Virus record (IMG/VR): IMGVR_UViG_3300025764_000004
Span: 10,010-74,009 of that record
Direction: 5' to 3' (one strand)
Source: a virus
DNA length: 64,000 bases
Shown here: in pieces, positions 49,625 through 60,467 of the stretch
Layout of the letters: each line of letters opens with the position of its first letter
How positions within the stretch are numbered: the first letter of the stretch is position 1
Made by a program: the position numbers and the translations under genes
Notes under the pieces: model-generated
What the model was told of the DNA's origin: nothing
What the model saw: the letters and a program-made list of their open reading frames with translations, nothing else
Database searches by the model: none

Positions 49625-51153
49625 TATTTTGCAATTGGCTTTCTTGTTCTGGTTACTGGCTGAACACCTATAGGCTGTACTTTTGGTTGTGTTTTAGCTT
49701 TAAGGTCCGCTGCGGCTGATTTCTCTGTTGGAAACAGCCCGATTAATTGTTGTTCTTTTAATATCTCAGAATTTGCAGCTTTTTTGATTATTGCAATTTG
49801 ATTATCGTCAAAACCCATACAATATTGTAAAAATCCTTCAGGGGACACAACTGCTTCAGCCATTGGTGAAGATGTATAGTTCTTCAATGCCGTTGAACGA
49901 TCTAATCCAATTTTAACCGACTCCGCTTCTGACATTGCATACAAATCAGACCAGGAGACTTTATAGGAATCACCAATTAATGCTGGCAATATACCTAATT
50001 CAATACAACGATCAACAAACGGTCTAACAATATGTGGTTCTGCATGATCCAATCTTCTTCCTCCTACATAAGATCTCCATTCTGAAGCATCCTGATTTGA
50101 ACTCAATTCTCCTCGTTCAGTTCCTGTTAAAATACGTTTTGGAATGCCTGTGACTGTTGATATCATTTGTATTTGAATATCAACATGTTGTGTAGGATCT
50201 GCAATTTGTTGAGCTAAGGCTTCATAACTGACACCTTCGTTTACTAACATTCTCCGAAGATTATGCTCATATTCGTCTATCTGCTCTTTTAAATCAGATT
50301 TCATTTGATCCGTAAGCTGATATTCTTTATCAACTTTACCTTGGAATCCAGGACGGGCACCTCTCCAAAACATCTCAGCATCACCGCCAACAATCTTCTC
50401 TAAATCCATCAAACGGTTAAATACAACCTCAAGTTTCGGGGAACCTACCACTTCATTTTCTAAAACATCATCAATAATGTGAATTACTCGTGTATAATGA
50501 ACAAATGCCTTTTCTTGTGTTGGTTGGGAGTTCATAGAACTACCAGTTGTTCCACTTTTTGTATCTGTTACTGCAATTTGGTAAATAAGAGGAAGCCCGT
50601 ATCTCGGGTTCTTCGTGTTCATTTCATATTCAACAATACTGCAAGAAGCCTCCCCATAAGGTTTGACATATAATAACTTTCTCTTTCCTACTGCCACAGG
50701 GTTCTTAAAATCTTCAGCTTTTTTAGTGTCGTCTAATCCTAGCAATAAAATACCAAACCCACCAATTCCTGAAAGACGATCTACACGTTGAAAACGTGTT
50801 TTCAATCCTAATCTATTATCAAGTTCTTTCCAAGACTTTTCTAAAGCTGTTTCTTCAGCCTCACCACTTTCCTCAAGTAATAAAGGTCCTTGCCATGTAG
50901 CTTTTGCAGGACGGTCGATTATTGCTTTGGCTATATCTTGACGAAAATAACGATCCTCATAATCTTTATATAAAAGGTTTGTTTTATAACCTAGAGCTTG
51001 ATAAATATCTCGATTACCTCCATAGGATTGAGATCCCATGCCTGCAGCCAATTGAGCTCGTGCAACGATGGCAGAACTTAATGTTCTGACTTGCCGATCT
51101 ACTAACGATTTTTCATTAGTTGTTAAACGTCTTACTGGAATATTTTGTTCCAT
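49624..51153 (-). CDS. portal protein (DUF1073-like)
   Basis: 509 aa, YGLP..Y.I, VH.TRV, GIP.RIL.G...GEL.S..D. Confidence 0.85.
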   Translation of the reverse strand: MEQNIPVRRLTTNEKSLVDRQVRTLSSAIVARAQLAAGMGSQSYGGNRDIYQALGYKTNLLYKDYEDRYFRQDIAKAIIDRPAKATWQGPLLLEESGEAEETALEKSWKELDNRLGLKTRFQRVDRLSGIGGFGILLLGLDDTKKAEDFKNPVAVGKRKLLYVKPYGEASCSIVEYEMNTKNPRYGLPLIYQIAVTDTKSGTTGSSMNSQPTQEKAFVHYTRVIHIIDDVLENEVVGSPKLEVVFNRLMDLEKIVGGDAEMFWRGARPGFQGKVDKEYQLTDQMKSDLKEQIDEYEHNLRRMLVNEGVSYEALAQQIADPTQHVDIQIQMISTVTGIPKRILTGTERGELSSNQDASEWRSYVGGRRLDHAEPHIVRPFVDRCIELGILPALIGDSYKVSWSDLYAMSEAESVKIGLDRSTALKNYTSSPMAEAVVSPEGFLQYCMGFDDNQIAIIKKAANSEILKEQQLIGLFPTEKSAAADLKAKTQPKVQPIGVQPVTRTRKPIAK

Positions 51154-51190
51154 ATCTTAATCTTTAACAATTTTTCTAATTCTATGACCA

Positions 51191-52819
51191 CTAAAATCCA
51201 TAAGGAACCTCATCTTTTCCCCAGCATTTCCCTCCACCTGCTGATATTCCTTTTTTAATATAAGTTCCATATTCATAGGTTCCTATATCAGAAACACCAA
51301 CCAAATGATACCCTCGATAATCAGTAGTCAAACCAACATTTACACCTGCATTAATACAGGGTGATCCTGATTGTAAATGAAAATCAGATGTAGATACAAA
51401 TAAAGGATCAGTCGTAATATTATTTTGATTAGTAACATTAGTTGGCGTAATGGTTGTAAAATTAGGTGTATCCCCGTATCCATTATAATCATATCCATTA
51501 CCATAAAAATCATTGTTCTCTATTGAAACTATATCTATTGTTGATCCTGCTTTTGCTAATTCTGATTGAATAGAAGCTCTGGGAAAACCATAAATAATAT
51601 TATTCTTTATCGAAAAGTTAGTTGTAGTCCCACAACCAGGTATTACTATACCGTCTCTGTTACTTGTTGCTGTAGATGAATAATAAAGCGTATTGTTCCA
51701 AATATTCCAATTGCTGTATATTCCGCTATTGTCTGCTGATCCAAAATGAGTAAATCTAATTCCTTTAAGGATATTATTATAAATATTAATATTATTAAAC
51801 ACCTTTCCACCTGCGTGTGCATAGGTATAAATTGCGAATACATTTTGGAAATAATTATTTCTAATGACAACATCATAGCAACCTGCTTCTAATGCAATGC
51901 CATTTTCAAAATACGCCTGTTCTGTCACAGGGCCAATATTGTTATTATGGAAATCTACGCTGTAAGCGTAAGTACCCTTTGAAAGTATGTTTAAATCAGT
52001 GTTACCAATTATTGTATTGTTAAACATTTCAAGTCCCTGCACATTCCATAATTCCACTGCAAAATCGTATGTTACATTATCATAAGGTTCTTTTGTGATT
52101 GTATTGTTGTAAATTTTACATCCTTTTAAGTAACCATTCGACCAGTATTTTATAACGTATCCATTAGTCCCCGTCGTCCTTCCAACTTGACCCATTATAT
52201 TATCGTGAATAAGCATACTGTCCTGACCGCCTATTTGTAGTTCACCACGGCCATAAGTAGCATACTTGGAGCAATTAGTTACCGTATTATTATAAAATTC
52301 ATTACCCGTAGCATAGATTGTAGGTGCCGCATTGGTTTCATCAATCCTCCCATTAAATGTCACACCCCAATCTGAAAAATCAATAAATGTACAACCATGA
52401 ATTTTGACATTGCTTCTTGCAACTATATATATACAATTAAGTCCAGTCAAATTATCGCCGTCAAACTTAAGATTTGAAATAGTTTGATTGCCATTCGTAC
52501 CCTCAGATCCGGAAGTTAAACTTAATAGTGGGGCAGCTGCGTAACCTGCTTTAATAATTGTAGTTATTCCTGCACCAATAATACTGACGCCCGCAGCAAG
52601 ATTACTCACGGCTGTCTCCGTAAGTGTTCCCGCACCAACATTAATAGTATGACTTCCCGATGGAACCTGTGAACAGGCATAAGCCAGAGTTAACCATGAT
52701 CCTCCTGACGTGTTGGCAAGTCCATTATGTGCATTACTCCCATCTGTGCGAACATAGTAATTTGTAGCACTTGCAATAAGCGAAACAAATAAGAATAGAA
52801 TTGTAAGTAATTTTTTCAT
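51191..52819 (-). CDS. right-handed beta-helix protein with signal peptide
   Basis: MKKLLTILFLFVSLIASA-TNYYV; I.NN repeats; DFHLQ..SP.I.AG...DIG.YE. Confidence 0.8.
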   Translation of the reverse strand: MKKLLTILFLFVSLIASATNYYVRTDGSNAHNGLANTSGGSWLTLAYACSQVPSGSHTINVGAGTLTETAVSNLAAGVSIIGAGITTIIKAGYAAAPLLSLTSGSEGTNGNQTISNLKFDGDNLTGLNCIYIVARSNVKIHGCTFIDFSDWGVTFNGRIDETNAAPTIYATGNEFYNNTVTNCSKYATYGRGELQIGGQDSMLIHDNIMGQVGRTTGTNGYVIKYWSNGYLKGCKIYNNTITKEPYDNVTYDFAVELWNVQGLEMFNNTIIGNTDLNILSKGTYAYSVDFHNNNIGPVTEQAYFENGIALEAGCYDVVIRNNYFQNVFAIYTYAHAGGKVFNNINIYNNILKGIRFTHFGSADNSGIYSNWNIWNNTLYYSSTATSNRDGIVIPGCGTTTNFSIKNNIIYGFPRASIQSELAKAGSTIDIVSIENNDFYGNGYDYNGYGDTPNFTTITPTNVTNQNNITTDPLFVSTSDFHLQSGSPCINAGVNVGLTTDYRGYHLVGVSDIGTYEYGTYIKKGISAGGGKCWGKDEVPYGF

Positions 52820-52820
52820 A

Positions 52821-53399
52821 TTAATAGATATTAGAACCTTTTGGATTAACTACAAACATATTACCAGCTGATGTTGCAATTTTTAAATATAATGTTGCCG
52901 ATGACGTTGTGGTAAATGCAGAAATAACTGTCCATACGCCTGCTCTATAATACTCCCCTGTAATTGTGGTTCCAGTTCTTTTTAATCTCATTTTATCTCC
53001 TACCTGTGCTGTAATTCCACTCCACTCATAAGCACCAATATTTGTACCGGTATAAGTACCATAAATATACATAGTGTACTGCCAATCACGGCCATTGAGT
53101 GTGTTGTTAAGGGATAATCCAATTACAGAATATAGGTTAGCGATAGATGATACTTCTGCTTCAATCCACCCATCCCCAGATAGCGATTTTGTTGCAACTG
53201 CGTATCCACCATACGCTGCTGATCCCCATGTTCCTGTTGGGCTTTCAATAACCCCATAAGAAACATTTGTAAAATTCAATGCCTCTAAGACAGGTGTAGA
53301 TACAGTTGCATTTTTAGCAAGCATTCGCATTGGTGTTTGTCCCTGTGAGACAAACCCAGCAAACAATAATATGATTAGAAAGTATTTGCGCATATCCAT
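52821..53399 (-). CDS. secreted-type beta-sandwich protein
   Basis: signal peptide ending SQG-Q; lectin-like strands. Confidence 0.6.
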   Translation of the reverse strand: MDMRKYFLIILLFAGFVSQGQTPMRMLAKNATVSTPVLEALNFTNVSYGVIESPTGTWGSAAYGGYAVATKSLSGDGWIEAEVSSIANLYSVIGLSLNNTLNGRDWQYTMYIYGTYTGTNIGAYEWSGITAQVGDKMRLKRTGTTITGEYYRAGVWTVISAFTTTSSATLYLKIATSAGNMFVVNPKGSNIY

Positions 53400-54175
53400 T
53401 TATTATTACCGTAAGACGAAGTTGTAGAGTATTGAAATACAACACTTAATGTTGCCGTTGTGACCGTAGTTGTAGGTAAAGCAACAGTACTCGCCACAAA
53501 AGATGTTCCCCATGTAATTGCTCTTGCTGCCGTCCCGGTTATCTCTATCTTAATAATATCTCCATCGACAGGAGTTCCAGTTAAGTTGGTCGTAAAACTT
53601 GAAATGCCCCCTGCCTGAGCAGTCAATTTATAAATATCGTAGTTGTCTGTATTGATAGTAGGAGTTGCAGATGTTGTTGTATTTCCAACCCTTGCAGTCC
53701 ATCGTTTGTTTGTGAAAGTTGTTGTGGCTGTTGGTAAGCCAATTGCCGCAAACGTTGCGTTTTCCTGGGCTTTTGTACGTCGTGCCAATAAACTATCCGG
53801 TAATGCAGTAATTGTTGATTGTGCCTGATTGTGAGCCGAAGGCGTCCTTGCATCAGACAATCTTGAATCATTACCTTGTGTAAATGTATTTGCACCTGCT
53901 CCAAATGCTCCGGCTGCTAGTACTCCTCCGGTAGTTGTAATCAACGGTAGATTAGCAGTTGTTCCTATTGCCGGGGGTACAAGATCGGCTGTTTTTACAA
54001 ACGTTCTATCTTCCTGTGCTTTTGTACGCCGAGCCAATAAACTATCAGGAAGCGTGATAAGATTATTAAGTTTCGCAACAGTAAGTCCAGCCGGAATTGC
54101 TGTTACCACAGTACTCTGTGCGTTTGCTATTACTACTAAGTATAGTAGAGATAAGATTAATAATAATTTTTTCAT
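53375..54175 (-). CDS. fibre-like protein with signal peptide
   Basis: MKKLLLILSLLYLVVIANA-Q; GNDSRLSDARTP; duplicated LPDSLLARRTKAQE. Confidence 0.7.
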   Translation of the reverse strand: MKKLLLILSLLYLVVIANAQSTVVTAIPAGLTVAKLNNLITLPDSLLARRTKAQEDRTFVKTADLVPPAIGTTANLPLITTTGGVLAAGAFGAGANTFTQGNDSRLSDARTPSAHNQAQSTITALPDSLLARRTKAQENATFAAIGLPTATTTFTNKRWTARVGNTTTSATPTINTDNYDIYKLTAQAGGISSFTTNLTGTPVDGDIIKIEITGTAARAITWGTSFVASTVALPTTTVTTATLSVVFQYSTTSSYGNNKWICANTF

Positions 54176-54195
54176 TTTTATCTTTGTTTTTATGG

Positions 54196-55977
54196 TTAAT
54201 ATCTTACTTGATCGATGTGATGGGCCACTATTTTCTTGTGATATGTTCCAACCTTTGTGGATGATACTGATCCAGAAGCACTCCACTCATAAGCACCAAT
54301 ATCAGGCAGTCCAACTAAATTATATCCTCTATAATCGGAAGTTAATCCAACATTTACGCCTACATTAATTGCCGAAGACCCAGTTTGTAAATTAAAATCA
54401 GTTGACGAAACAAAATTTGGATTCCCACCAACGTTCCCACTTATTACATCTCCAGCAGTTCCGTTTTCTGAATTAAACTCCGCTATCGTATGTGGATAAT
54501 CATTAGTTGAGGAATGTCCATAATAAATTAAATCAGTAACTCCTGAACTATAAAGAAGATTGTTTCTAAATGTTACATCTGAAATGTAGGTATCATCCTC
54601 AACCCATATCTGATAATCCAACGCTTCAGCACTTGATCCATTTCCTGAAAATAGATTGTTAGAAATGTTTACACCTGTAACGCCCCCGGCAGCACCCTTA
54701 TAACTTATAATGTCAATTCCATAATCATAACAATTAACTATCGTATTGTTAAATATATTAATGTTTGTTGGCACTTCACCCTCGTCATAATCACTTATCA
54801 CTAATCCCGCCCCTTGTATTTCATCAGAACTCCATGAGGGACGAGTTACGCTATCAATTATATTGTAATAAAAATCTATTCCAGAACCGGAAATCTGATT
54901 GCAAGTTGGCACATTGTAAATCAAATTATGATATACAAAAATATTTGCTCCGTCACTACCAGTATTTAAGTCGAGAGCTCTACCATAATCAATATCTGGA
55001 GATGTAAAAAAGTTATCATGAATAAAAATACTATCATGTCCAGCAATGCCTGATACAAGGTAAACGTTCAACCCCAACTCACTATGTGACCAATTTTTAA
55101 AACGGTTATTATAAATCTGCCAATTATGACCACCAAATAAGTTTATTCCGTCGTTAGGTGCTGAAACTGAGTGATCGTGTTTTAATGTATCGCCTGAATC
55201 AAATATGCAATTGTATATTTTCCCATCACTTGCAATATCGCCTATTTCACTCCTAACATATATTCCCATCTGAGCGACATCTCTACCTATCAAACAACTG
55301 TCTATCTCTATCCCAATCCCTCCATTTAGTATTTGTATATTATGATAAGCACCCCTTAAATCAAGATTATGTATATGTATATAATTCCCATCGTTTATTT
55401 GGATACATCTACGAGCTGGATTCCCTGCATATTCAATCAAGGTATAAGTCGTTGCTGGATTACCTACACTGTAAACATATAACTTACCAGAAGAAGAAAA
55501 CCACGGTGTATTGGCAATAACAGTCGTTGATGTAGCCGTCTTCTTCGCAGTGCCATTAATCCATACCCTTGTAAGCAAACCTGTAATAAACTGCGCATTT
55601 GTGAGATACCAGACGTTTCCACTTGAATTAGTCCAATTACCTGGACCACTCCATCCGGGTATTGTATCCCTGCCTGTGATAATTGGTTTCGCCCCTGAGC
55701 CATAAGTAGAGATAACTATCGGATTTGCCAATGTCCCGGATTCTGTGAGATTTAAGTTAGTTCCCTCCCTACTTACATTCCATGTATCACCACGCTTTAA
55801 AAGAATTGAGTCTCCTGCGGAAAATGCCTTACCACTAATCTTGGCAATAGTGGCCCATGCCTGAGCGTCCGATAATCCTGTATTCCCGTCATTGCCCCCA
55901 TCCTTAAAATAGTAAGTCGTCTGACCAAATCCGATAAGTGAAGAAAATAATAATATTATAAATAGTATTTTTTTCAT
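54196..55977 (-). CDS. right-handed beta-helix protein with signal peptide (paralog of 51191-52819)
   Basis: MKKILFIILLFSSLIGFG-QTTYY; GD.ILLKRG, YGSGAKP; near-identical C-terminal DF.LQ..S..IN.GVNVGLT.DYRGY.LVG..DIG.YE. Confidence 0.8.
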   Translation of the reverse strand: MKKILFIILLFSSLIGFGQTTYYFKDGGNDGNTGLSDAQAWATIAKISGKAFSAGDSILLKRGDTWNVSREGTNLNLTESGTLANPIVISTYGSGAKPIITGRDTIPGWSGPGNWTNSSGNVWYLTNAQFITGLLTRVWINGTAKKTATSTTVIANTPWFSSSGKLYVYSVGNPATTYTLIEYAGNPARRCIQINDGNYIHIHNLDLRGAYHNIQILNGGIGIEIDSCLIGRDVAQMGIYVRSEIGDIASDGKIYNCIFDSGDTLKHDHSVSAPNDGINLFGGHNWQIYNNRFKNWSHSELGLNVYLVSGIAGHDSIFIHDNFFTSPDIDYGRALDLNTGSDGANIFVYHNLIYNVPTCNQISGSGIDFYYNIIDSVTRPSWSSDEIQGAGLVISDYDEGEVPTNINIFNNTIVNCYDYGIDIISYKGAAGGVTGVNISNNLFSGNGSSAEALDYQIWVEDDTYISDVTFRNNLLYSSGVTDLIYYGHSSTNDYPHTIAEFNSENGTAGDVISGNVGGNPNFVSSTDFNLQTGSSAINVGVNVGLTSDYRGYNLVGLPDIGAYEWSASGSVSSTKVGTYHKKIVAHHIDQVRY

Positions 55978-55978
55978 A

Positions 55979-57529
55979 TTAATCTGGATTAGAAGTGTAA
56001 AAACCAATATTATCAGCATAACCGGTCTGCCCGGCGCCACTATTACCTACAGATACCCTTTTAACATTGTAACTTCCTGTGTCCACGCCTGTTTGATTTA
56101 TTTCAAGTACATAACCTGCACCCGCATCAACCCAAACCTGAACAACACCTACTGTGGCACTTATTACCAATCTAACTTTGACTTTATACCATGTACTTGC
56201 AGTAAATGTAGTTGTACCTGTATATGTTGCTGGGGTAATACTATTATAGACTTGCACCTTCGGTGATGCGTCGCTTGAAAATCTGGGAGTAATAATGGTT
56301 GCATTAGAATTCGTATTGTCAAAAATGCCAACTTGTGTTCTGGTGGATGCCGTTGCACCGGTTCTGAAATTACCTACCATCCAAACTTCGGGATAATTGC
56401 TTGCAAGTACAAGTCTTTCGAATAGAGTTGTGGCCAGTTGAAGCCCATAAGTACCACCCCCTGTGGGTGCTGCTATTCCAAAATTGGCATAAGTATTAAC
56501 TGTTCCCTGATTTGTTGTCCATCCAGTAGCCGAACCTGCTTCAAAGGTATCCGCAATGAGAGGCACAGCAGCAATGACACTGTCAGCCGCCCAAACAGGG
56601 GATTTCCAGTAATTATTAGACTTAATCCAAAGTCTTCCATGATTAGAACTAACATAGGCATTTCCTGTAGTAGGTGGAGTTGGTAGCACTCGAATTGAAT
56701 CAGCAGTTCCACTTCCTCCTCCACCAGCTACTAGCCTTGCATAAGCTCTTGATGCTACTGAATCAGTATTCAGATTAATATTTAATATCGTTTCAATTGG
56801 GATAGTATCAGAAGCTAGCGGTACATTAAGATCAACCCTCATTTCTGCTGCTGTTCTTGGCGTTACTGTATTGGCTACATCCATACGTACAAATCTAACT
56901 GCTCCCGGATTGGTTAGTTTAACAAAATTTTGTCCTATTGTTGTTGCATCACTAATTGTTGATACTGCTTGAGTATGGGAAGTTGGTGTCCTTGCATCAG
57001 AAAGTCTTGAATCATTACCTACTGTTATCTTTCCTGAAGTAGAACCAAAATTACTAGCCCAATTCCCCCATCCATAGGCAGTCGTTCCATTGGTTGCCGC
57101 CCCCGCTGCATCAAACGCACTTCCATTGCCAATATAATAACCCATGGCCGTCCACGGTGTTCCCGTTACCGCTCCGATTGCAGCTCTAAAATCAGAAGCA
57201 TTTAACAAAGATGCTGTGTTGTTTGCATTTACCTGAAGAAATGAGATTGCATCTGGGTTGGTAAGTTTTAGTATTGCTTTTCCAATAGTGGTAGCATCAC
57301 TCAGATGACTTGCAGTAATATAAGGGATTAACTGTGTCGCACCCTTGTAAAATCGAATACCATCGGTTGAGTACTGAAGAACGCTATCAAGTAATATTTT
57401 ACTTGATCCGGGAGGAGGCGGATAAGATTTAAGTCCGATCCATATTCCCTTAGGTGCAAGAAGTTGAGCATTTACTGTAATAGCAAATATCAATAATATT
57501 AAAATTCCAAATAACTTTTTCATAGTCAT
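55979..57529 (-). CDS. fibre-like protein with signal peptide and C-terminal LamG/ConA-like domain
   Basis: signal peptide ending VNA-Q; duplicated SDATTIG...LTNP.A..F; GNDSRLSDARTP; WY.V........G.VQVWVD. Confidence 0.7.
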   Translation of the reverse strand: MTMKKLFGILILLIFAITVNAQLLAPKGIWIGLKSYPPPPGSSKILLDSVLQYSTDGIRFYKGATQLIPYITASHLSDATTIGKAILKLTNPDAISFLQVNANNTASLLNASDFRAAIGAVTGTPWTAMGYYIGNGSAFDAAGAATNGTTAYGWGNWASNFGSTSGKITVGNDSRLSDARTPTSHTQAVSTISDATTIGQNFVKLTNPGAVRFVRMDVANTVTPRTAAEMRVDLNVPLASDTIPIETILNINLNTDSVASRAYARLVAGGGGSGTADSIRVLPTPPTTGNAYVSSNHGRLWIKSNNYWKSPVWAADSVIAAVPLIADTFEAGSATGWTTNQGTVNTYANFGIAAPTGGGTYGLQLATTLFERLVLASNYPEVWMVGNFRTGATASTRTQVGIFDNTNSNATIITPRFSSDASPKVQVYNSITPATYTGTTTFTASTWYKVKVRLVISATVGVVQVWVDAGAGYVLEINQTGVDTGSYNVKRVSVGNSGAGQTGYADNIGFYTSNPD

Positions 57530-57541
57530 AAATTTTAATGT

Positions 57542-57769
57542 TTAAACTGCTCCACCAATGTTTTCCCAATCAGTATCTTCATCTCCAGCGAATCCGGTCA
57601 CGGTTAGTTCCACATCGACTTTAAGACCGCCTCCACTTTTCCCCACTCTAAGTCTTAAAGAGGATCCTTGCTCAACAAAATAGGCATATTGAGCAGTAAC
57701 TGTACTAGATACAGGGTCGCTTGGAGATCCAAATAATCTTTTCCCGTTTTCATCATAATAAAAATTCAT
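57542..57769 (-). CDS. hypothetical protein
   Basis: ORF. Confidence 0.55.
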   Translation of the reverse strand: MNFYYDENGKRLFGSPSDPVSSTVTAQYAYFVEQGSSLRLRVGKSGGGLKVDVELTVTGFAGDEDTDWENIGGAV

Positions 57770-57944
57770 ATCTTAGATTTTAAATGGTTGAATATTTATA
57801 TATTACGATATAATTTCTACGACATATACCAATCATACATTTGTGCTTTAACTTCACTGGCACTTCCATAAAATACTGCTATGTGTCTAACACCGCCTTC
57901 AGTATAATTAATTCTTACTACCATAACTTTAAGTTTTAAATTGT

Positions 57945-58409
57945 TTATAATACAGTCACGGTAACCACCCAGTTTCCAGTTGTTATACCGTCCTGTGCAA
58001 TAATTGCATAAGTTTTCGGTGCCGTGAAATTATTTGCCGTTACATCACTCACCTGATCAGTAGCACCAATTTTGATAGATGTAATGTCTATGAATGTCAT
58101 AAATGTTGCAACTAATGCAGTTACGACTGTTCCACGAGCAACAGTTACGTCAATAGTTTTAGCGTCAAGATCAATTATATATTCGGTATCATCCGGAACA
58201 TTTAAAAATGTTAAAAGAAGATCAGCCCGAGAACTCTTCCATTGAGTTAATGAGCCGTCTAACCCTTCTTTAAGAATTTTAGGTTCTTTAATGAGTTTTC
58301 CTCGAAGATCATACTCTCCTTGATAACTATTTCCTACTATCTTCCCACGAAGATCTAGTTCTCCTAGATATCCTAGGTCGTTTCCTTTTAAATCAGTTCT
58401 GTTTCCCAT
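57945..58409 (-). CDS. Ig-like domain protein
   Basis: I.VTV..GT.VTALVATF...Q.S.VTANNFT.P.TY...AQDG. Confidence 0.65.
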   Translation of the reverse strand: MGNRTDLKGNDLGYLGELDLRGKIVGNSYQGEYDLRGKLIKEPKILKEGLDGSLTQWKSSRADLLLTFLNVPDDTEYIIDLDAKTIDVTVARGTVVTALVATFMTFIDITSIKIGATDQVSDVTANNFTAPKTYAIIAQDGITTGNWVVTVTVL

Positions 58410-58420
58410 TTTTTATATAT

Positions 58421-59962
58421 TTAAGTGATACGAGTTGCTAATCTACGTGCTGTCAAATGATTGAATGCCCCTGACGAAGCATCCACCTGATCTTTATATG
58501 TTCCCAATGGAAAAAATCTATGTTCTTCAATATATGAAGTATTCCAAGGTGCTGACAATAAAGAAACTGCTCCATTATTCACCTGAACTGAGTAAGGATC
58601 TGCTCTATATGCCTTATCTCCTGTTGGTCGATCAGCATAACAAGCAAACCCGGCTAAATGCCGTATTGTTGATTCGGCACTTTCTTTGCCTCCAGAGCCA
58701 GGCTCCTGCTCTATGTAGATGTTTACATGCCTGCCGTCTAATCGGGCAACTTCGAGGATAATTCGCTCCCGTTCATCGGTGCTCCACTGCCCCCGCTTTA
58801 CATCATGCACAAAAAACCGTTCTCTTGTTAATTGTGACATTTTTACACCAACTGTGAAAGCACCTCCGCCAGCCGTTCCAGCCTTATCCCAATAACGGTA
58901 GGTTCTTAAAATCTCATTTGCTGGAGGTTCTACGGTTGCTATCCCAAAATGATCGACATGAAACATACCTCCGCCAACTGGGATAGGATTCTGTCCTATC
59001 TGTCCAGCATACCCGTATTGACCTAGATCAGCTTCTAGATCTTTCAACACTTTCCAATTCAGTCGTTTCGGATCTAATAAATTGTTGACATAATATTCTG
59101 CTAATTCTGGGGGCTGGACCTGATCTTTGAAATTGAGTATTTCACCAGGTAAAGAAATGTTCTTGACATTCTTTTTCTTCTTCGCAAGAACATGACCGGT
59201 AGGATCATCTTGGTGAAGTCTTTGCATGATGCCAATGATGACTGAAATTCCTTTGTCAGTTTTACGTGTTGGTAAGGTTCGGTCAATCCAAGCATTAGCC
59301 GTTTCCCGTTCTTTATCTGAAACTGATTGAGTTGGATTCAACGGATCGTCCCATATTAGAATATCACCGTGAAATCCCATCAATGTACCTCCAACTGAAG
59401 TTGAATATCTATTACCTCCTTGAAGAATTGTATTACGTCCTGGACGCCCTGGTACAGGTTCTTCTTTAACTATTTTGAAGTTTGATTTGGTATCTTTGTC
59501 ATCTCTGATTGCAATTTCTGGATATAATGTTTTAAATTGATCCGAGCGAATCAAATCCCTGCAATATTCTGCTGATTCTAAACTCAATGCAGCTGAATAT
59601 GAAGCAGTGATAAATCTCATCCAGTACCATCGTGTCCAACACCAAGCTGGAAACATTATAGAAAAGACAATGGTTTTTGATGTACCTGGAGGAACATTTG
59701 CAATCAGATCATACAATTTTTCCTCTCTATCACCTACCCGTTCTGCAATCACTTCCAATTCTTTGCAGAATAATTCTAAATGCCAGTTTCCGACAAAGGT
59801 CTGATTACAAATAACAGGCCAGAACCATTGAACAAAATGATACAGTGAACGATTATTCAATTCACGAACGACCAGAAGAGGATTCTTCATCGCAACTTGA
59901 ACTCTTTCTATCTTGGAAAGTTGTTCAGTGCTCACTTCTTCTGTCATTGTATCAAATTCCAT
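58421..59962 (-). CDS. terL: terminase large subunit
   Basis: NVPPGTSKT, G..GD...DDP, IMQRLH.DD, YWD.A, EQEPG.GGK, DQVDA. Confidence 0.93.
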   Translation of the reverse strand: MEFDTMTEEVSTEQLSKIERVQVAMKNPLLVVRELNNRSLYHFVQWFWPVICNQTFVGNWHLELFCKELEVIAERVGDREEKLYDLIANVPPGTSKTIVFSIMFPAWCWTRWYWMRFITASYSAALSLESAEYCRDLIRSDQFKTLYPEIAIRDDKDTKSNFKIVKEEPVPGRPGRNTILQGGNRYSTSVGGTLMGFHGDILIWDDPLNPTQSVSDKERETANAWIDRTLPTRKTDKGISVIIGIMQRLHQDDPTGHVLAKKKKNVKNISLPGEILNFKDQVQPPELAEYYVNNLLDPKRLNWKVLKDLEADLGQYGYAGQIGQNPIPVGGGMFHVDHFGIATVEPPANEILRTYRYWDKAGTAGGGAFTVGVKMSQLTRERFFVHDVKRGQWSTDERERIILEVARLDGRHVNIYIEQEPGSGGKESAESTIRHLAGFACYADRPTGDKAYRADPYSVQVNNGAVSLLSAPWNTSYIEEHRFFPLGTYKDQVDASSGAFNHLTARRLATRIT

Positions 59963-59963
59963 C

Positions 59964-60467
59964 CTAACAACTTGTTAATTTTCCGTTTCTCAAAAATCCA
60001 TGATAATCGCCTGCCATAATCGATCCTGCTCCTGCATGACAGGTATTTCCGTCCTTGCTTATTGTCACATTTGGTGGAATTCCTTTTCTTACCCAGCATC
60101 TATGAAGTTTGTCATCTTTCATATCACAATTAATTGCTCTGCTATCAATATTCCATTCAATCCCATTTGGAAGAATGCAATGAAGTTCATCTCCTTCAAA
60201 ATTATCCCAATTATAGTTCTGATAATCTAAATGAACCCAAAACATATCACCTGGTTCTGGTTTTCCAGATACAGTATTATATACAGTACTCAAACCCCAA
60301 CCTGAATATTCTCCAAAATATTTGATAAGAATTTCCCAATTAATCTTTTTCTTCACATCATCCAAATCAGCATTCATTGGATGAATATGACATAAATCAA
60401 GATGTTTTCCTGATTTAAATAAAATGTGAATTCTTTTACCAATAGGTTCAATTAATCTTGTGTCCAT
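59964..60467 (-). CDS. conserved Cys/His-rich hypothetical protein
   Basis: HRCW.R.G.PP..T, TC.AG.GSI...YHGFL..G.L. Confidence 0.65.
   Translation of the reverse strand: MDTRLIEPIGKRIHILFKSGKHLDLCHIHPMNADLDDVKKKINWEILIKYFGEYSGWGLSTVYNTVSGKPEPGDMFWVHLDYQNYNWDNFEGDELHCILPNGIEWNIDSRAINCDMKDDKLHRCWVRKGIPPNVTISKDGNTCHAGAGSIMAGDYHGFLRNGKLTSC

Noticed and set aside
5294-60325. Numerous antisense or nested ORFs in the track (e.g. 5294-5884, 19190-19801, 54054-54368)
   Set aside because: Shadows of well-supported genes on the opposite strand or frame.
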